Source: Amoeboradix gromovi X-113
Taxonomy: Eukaryota; Fungi; Sanchytriomycota
Direction: 5' to 3'
DNA: 10,492 bases
Assembly: GCA_018985225.1 (NCBI GenBank)
Contig: JADGIF010000344.1
Location: 1-10,492 of the forward strand
Shown: in pieces, positions 6,295 to 10,492 of the stretch
How positions within the stretch are numbered: position 1 is the stretch's first letter
How the letters are laid out: each line of letters starts with the position of its first letter
Made by a program: the position numbers and the translations under genes
Notes under the pieces: generated by a model
Told to the model about the DNA's origin: nothing
What the model saw: only the letters and a program-made list of their open reading frames with translations
Databases searched by the model: none

Positions 6295-9012
6295 ATGAAT
6301 CTGTTTGGGGATTTGGATCTGGACGATGAAATGAAAAATGCTTTAAACTCTGAATTTGTCAACAATTTGATGCTTGGCAATTTGATATCAACATCTAACA
6401 ATAACGTGAACCATAGCAGAGACTCGCCTTCCTCGCTTCCTCTGCCACGAATAAAAGTCACCTTAGCAGAATCTACTTTGGACATTCAACTCAAATCCAA
6501 AGTGTATATTCCTGACCATCCTATTGATTCTAATAAGCAAATAGAAGAACAAGATACTCATCACACCCTTAGCCTTGATGATTTAGACTGGAATGTTTGC
6601 ATTGACAATTGGGATAAAGCCATCAATTACGACAAGTACAACAAAACTAATCCTACGAACTACTACATGTTATTGTTTCCTGTCCCTAACTACCACTTAA
6701 TACACAATATGCAGCATCTAGTTGATGATAAGTGTGCGTTGTTGCTTGATCAAAATGACCCATACCTCCATATAGACTATAATACCTTGACTCAGCCACG
6801 TAAGATGACCAGTGTTAATGATGCATTGAGCAGTATAAAGCAACGCTTTAACGGATATATGTATCAGTTAAATAGTGTGCGTCAAACTATGCAATATCAG
6901 CTGCACCATACCGATGCAGCCATAAAACTTTACACAGTCTTTTATCCATTGCACTACACAAAGAACGATTTGAGACATTATCATAGACCGCCATACACTC
7001 CTAAATCCGGGTTAATTCAATTCTTACCCTTAAAGCAAAGAAATCATCGTAAAATACAATTTGCAAAGGATTTGTTGGCTCGAGATGGTAGAATAATATT
7101 ATTAGAGTATTCAGAGGAATATCCCTTGTTGATGCAGAACAAAGGAATGACATCATTGATGCAGAACTTTACACGGACTACCGATGATGTTGTTAATAAA
7201 CCATATGGATCAATGCACAACCTGGAAGAGAACGAAGTAAGTCCATTGTTTGGATTTGGTAACATAGAAAACAACGAGTGTATAACACTGCTGGTTAACA
7301 ATCTATTCAGAGCACCACTTGTGCAGCATGAGCCGTCAAAAACTGATTTTTTATTCATACATTACACCTATAAGCAACAGAGCAAGTATTACATCAGATC
7401 TCTGCCACATATATTTATAGCGGGACAGCAACTGCCGGCCGATGTGATACAACCGCCACAAAGTAGGAAGCATTTGCTAATGTTGAAGAACAGAGTCAAA
7501 CAAGCAGCATTTAGATTAGTGCAAAAGCATCCTAAAAGAGTGCTTCACATAGATTCATTAAAACACATGCTACCAGGATACAGCGATTCGCACCTAAAGA
7601 GTAAACTAAGAGATTTCATGGTACTTTGCAAACACAAGAAGAACCAATTTTGGGGACTCAAACAGGGAATTATAGTGCCAGATGACGTAGATTCATTATG
7701 TACCCCTGAACAAGTGTGTCTTCATCATGCTATGCTTGCTGGAGAGCAAAGATTAAGGGATTTGGGGTTTAATTCTATAAAGGACGACGAGAATGACTTC
7801 AACATGGAGTTGGAAGAACAGGTTGCTGGATGGATATTGACTCGTAATTTTATGAATGCTGTACAAGGAAAATGTATGCTGCAACTATATGGACAAGGAG
7901 ATCCTACGGGTTGTGGATTGGGAACTAGTTATATTAAAACAAGCAGCAAGGATGTGTTTTTAAGGGAAAATGAGACTATGGATGACAGAATGAAAGAACT
8001 ATCAAATAGGCCTAAAAACGCGCAGAAGTTCACATTGGCGGAGCAGCAGAATATATACAACACGGAGATTAACAAAATATTCAACAAACAAATGGAAGAT
8101 CTGAGAAACGTGGAAGTTCAAGATGTTCTGGATACCACTGCTGATAGCAATGACCAACAGCAGGACCAACAGCCTGATCCAATGGACGTGTCTGACATGT
8201 CCATAGTTAGGAACACAAAGACATTAGTGATTACCAGGAAATGGAACAATAATGGAGAAGAAGAAGAGCGGCAAGAGATTGTTAGAGACCCGCAAGTGAT
8301 TAATCAATATTTAGCATTAAAACAACAGCAGCAACAGCAATCCACACAAGCAGACGTGGCAAGCACTGAAGGACAGAAAACTAGAAAATGCAGAGCCTGC
8401 GGGTCTACAACTCATATAAAGACCAGCAAGTACTGCCCAATGAATAAGAATCATGGTGAGCACTTGGAGAAGGAGCGAACAAAGAAACGTAAACAGTCGT
8501 CTGCGATGGCGAAACCCCATCCACATGCTCGCAAAACTTTGAATGAGAAATTAAACAATGCATTTGAAAAGATAATCATCCAGATGACAAGTAATCCTGA
8601 GTGTTTTATATTCAATTACCCAGTCACTGATGACATAGCGCCAAACTATTCCACAGAAATCCGAGAACCAATGGATTTTGGAACAATATTGCACAAATGC
8701 CAAATGCACAAGTACGTGGATAAGGAACACTTCATGAACGACGTGGATTTAATAAGAAAGAACTGCATGCAGTACAATGGAGAACAAGCTTTGGTAAGCA
8801 TACAAGCAACTAAGTTTGTAGGAATAGTAGAAAAAAAAGTGAAGATGAGCAAAAAGATACCTGAATTAGAAGGATTATTGGGGACGGAACAAAACGAAAA
8901 CACAAGCAATGCACAATCAATAACTTTAGGACAAAGCGTCACTGCTGCGAGCGAGTCTTCATCAGATCTAGAGGATTTGGAGGCGTTACTAAACAAGGAC
9001 GAGCTAGTGTAA
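6295..9012 (+). CDS. TAF1: Transcription initiation factor TFIID subunit 1 (TAF1), ~905 aa, with central DUF3591 core, zinc knuckle and one bromodomain
   Basis: The first ATG is at 6295 (the ORF-track start at 6265 is TTG), and the N-terminal LFGDLD is TAND-like. TAF1 core motifs: DLLARDGRIILLEYSEEYPLLMQNKGM, NNLFRAP..H...TDFL, AGQQLP, CTPEQVC...AM.AGEQRLRDLG, WILTRNF..AVQGKCML.L.G.GDPTGCGLG.SY. Zinc knuckle CRACGSTTHIKTSKYCP at 8389-8436. Bromodomain FNYPV...APNY...I.EPMD...NCMQYN at ~8551-8850. Confidence 0.96.
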   Translation: MNLFGDLDLDDEMKNALNSEFVNNLMLGNLISTSNNNVNHSRDSPSSLPLPRIKVTLAESTLDIQLKSKVYIPDHPIDSNKQIEEQDTHHTLSLDDLDWNVCIDNWDKAINYDKYNKTNPTNYYMLLFPVPNYHLIHNMQHLVDDKCALLLDQNDPYLHIDYNTLTQPRKMTSVNDALSSIKQRFNGYMYQLNSVRQTMQYQLHHTDAAIKLYTVFYPLHYTKNDLRHYHRPPYTPKSGLIQFLPLKQRNHRKIQFAKDLLARDGRIILLEYSEEYPLLMQNKGMTSLMQNFTRTTDDVVNKPYGSMHNLEENEVSPLFGFGNIENNECITLLVNNLFRAPLVQHEPSKTDFLFIHYTYKQQSKYYIRSLPHIFIAGQQLPADVIQPPQSRKHLLMLKNRVKQAAFRLVQKHPKRVLHIDSLKHMLPGYSDSHLKSKLRDFMVLCKHKKNQFWGLKQGIIVPDDVDSLCTPEQVCLHHAMLAGEQRLRDLGFNSIKDDENDFNMELEEQVAGWILTRNFMNAVQGKCMLQLYGQGDPTGCGLGTSYIKTSSKDVFLRENETMDDRMKELSNRPKNAQKFTLAEQQNIYNTEINKIFNKQMEDLRNVEVQDVLDTTADSNDQQQDQQPDPMDVSDMSIVRNTKTLVITRKWNNNGEEEERQEIVRDPQVINQYLALKQQQQQQSTQADVASTEGQKTRKCRACGSTTHIKTSKYCPMNKNHGEHLEKERTKKRKQSSAMAKPHPHARKTLNEKLNNAFEKIIIQMTSNPECFIFNYPVTDDIAPNYSTEIREPMDFGTILHKCQMHKYVDKEHFMNDVDLIRKNCMQYNGEQALVSIQATKFVGIVEKKVKMSKKIPELEGLLGTEQNENTSNAQSITLGQSVTAASESSSDLEDLEALLNKDELV
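8323..8340 (+). repeat. Short poly-Gln (CAA/CAG)6 tract in TAF1
   Basis: caacagcagcaacagcaa encodes QQQQQQ just upstream of the zinc knuckle. Confidence 0.7.
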
Positions 9013-9017
9013 AACCA

Positions 9018-9029
9018 AATAAATTTATT
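9018..9029. terminator. Candidate bidirectional polyadenylation signal (palindrome AATAAATTTATT)
   Basis: AATAAA on + (9018-9023) directly abuts AATAAA on - (9024-9029), in the 65-nt gap between the convergent TAF1 and 7TM genes. Confidence 0.5.
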
Positions 9030-9077
9030 GTGACTATCATCCAAACGGTTTGCCAATTCGGTTTTAATATTGCTTTT

Positions 9078-9899
9078 CTAAAAAAACTGTGAAGAATCAA
9101 ATGGTTCTAAATACGAGTTTAACCGCAGATCTGTGGTTACCTTCGATTCACGATTGATGCTAACAAGCAAATCGCTATAAAACTGTATAATTATATAGAT
9201 ACGCAGTAAATAAATTAAAGGACTGATAGAGAAATCTATAAGGAAAAAAAATCGAACAACAGCCATTGTAATTTCTAGAATCATAACAGCGAAGCAAGAT
9301 ATCTTCAAGTGCTTGCCCATTTTGGTGAGGATAATAGGCTTATACTCTAGAATGAAGTTTAACTTTCTTAAGAGAATAACAAACATATACAACTCAACAA
9401 GAGTAATGATAATGGAGAATGCTGAACTAAATATCATAAAGTATTGATAACTATCATCATCAACTTTTGATCGCTCAAGATTGATAACCACAGTTGGCAT
9501 TTGCATTACAGCGATAAGAAATGGAGCATATTTCAAATATTTGTCAAACTTGAAATAATAGCCCAAGGATTCGATTCGCAAAACATAGAGCCAGGTGACA
9601 ATCTGGACCATGAAGAACCAAACAACATTCATGGGGATATTAATGAGATACCAATGAAGTGAAGCGTCAGTTAATTCAGGCTGTTTTTGAGAGTCTGTAG
9701 GATTAAAGTATACATTTACCAAAGTTAAACAAGACTCTAAAAAACATAAGATTAGTCCCAAAACGGTTAAAATGTAAATCTTGCCAGTTTTATCACAAAA
9801 CACAGTATATGCATGAAGACTATACTGAAGAAATAAGCACGCAGAACCTCCCCAGCATGCAATGTAAACCATATCATTTAATTGCTGATAATCAAACAT
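9078..9899 (-). CDS. Predicted 7-transmembrane integral membrane protein (GPCR-like topology), 273 aa
   Basis: Seven hydrophobic segments of ~20-25 aa: VYIACW...YTVF, IYILTV...NVYF, WYLINI...LYVL, YAPFLI...VINL, YFMIFS...VILL, ISCFAV...FFFL and FSISPL...IIQF. The N-terminus is short and the C-tail is short and polar. ATG in AAATG context. Confidence 0.8.
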   Translation of the reverse strand: MFDYQQLNDMVYIACWGGSACLFLQYSLHAYTVFCDKTGKIYILTVLGLILCFLESCLTLVNVYFNPTDSQKQPELTDASLHWYLINIPMNVVWFFMVQIVTWLYVLRIESLGYYFKFDKYLKYAPFLIAVMQMPTVVINLERSKVDDDSYQYFMIFSSAFSIIITLVELYMFVILLRKLNFILEYKPIILTKMGKHLKISCFAVMILEITMAVVRFFFLIDFSISPLIYLLRIYIIIQFYSDLLVSINRESKVTTDLRLNSYLEPFDSSQFF

Positions 9900-10492
9900 T
9901 TATGGTTCGTGGAAAATTCCTTCTCGACTGTAACGTTTCAAAAAAAAGATAAATTAATTATTTTAAACAAGACATGCTAATGCTATGACAAATCAGGAAA
10001 TACGATACTCAGCTAAATCGCCTAAAATTCAAATTTCCCGTTATTATGATATGGGACGGCCACTATAAAAACTAATTTTACGGCAGTTATAATGATTGCC
10101 CAAGCTATATTACTCCCACATACTCTCTTTTTAACTACACAATCAGTGTATTCAGAAACCGACCTAAAAATAAAGCGCAAGTGCAAGTAAAGAGGAAAGG
10201 CGTTGATAGAGCGAAATGAAGCATTTACTAGTCAAACGTTTACAAGGTGTGGCACTCTGCAGAAAAACAATTTGGAAACATGCGTATGTATCAAGTGGGA
10301 CACCAAATACAAAAACTAGACTAACTAGTTTTTAAAGGTGCTCCATACGCAGGAAATGCTATCATTAATAAAAGATCTTCTATTATACCAATTTTCTTTC
10401 ATTGATTGTATTCCCCTCTTCAAAATAAACTAGAAGACCCTACATCTCTTTCAAATATATGAGGTCTTTGAGCATCTAAGCAAAAGGTGCAT

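Noticed and set aside
9900-10492. Hidden micro-intron-containing gene or snRNA in the right-hand intergenic region
   Set aside because: Only short frames were found. The ATTAGCATG on the minus strand lacks the U6 ACAGAGA context.

Overview
AT-rich, gene-dense, nearly intron-free eukaryotic DNA. The gene set looks like a compact-genome, probably early-diverging fungus or close relative; this is inferred from protein architecture, with no database search. There are five protein genes: (1) a minus-strand disordered/coiled-coil protein of unknown function, (2) a shortened SART1/Snu66 tri-snRNP protein, (3) an ADAM/reprolysin (M12B) metalloprotease-disintegrin, (4) TFIID subunit TAF1 with a zinc knuckle and one bromodomain, and (5) a minus-strand 7-transmembrane orphan protein. 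The main finding is that the two ADAM ORFs join exactly if a 19-nt GT...CTAAT...TAG intron (4817-4835) is removed, far shorter than typical fungal introns. The neighbouring Snu66 has lost its conserved C-terminal motif, which hints at a reduced spliceosome. Other observations are a strongly self-complementary ~220-nt segment in a divergent intergenic region and a palindromic bidirectional AATAAA between convergent genes. No mobile elements, CRISPR arrays, tRNAs or rRNAs were recognised.
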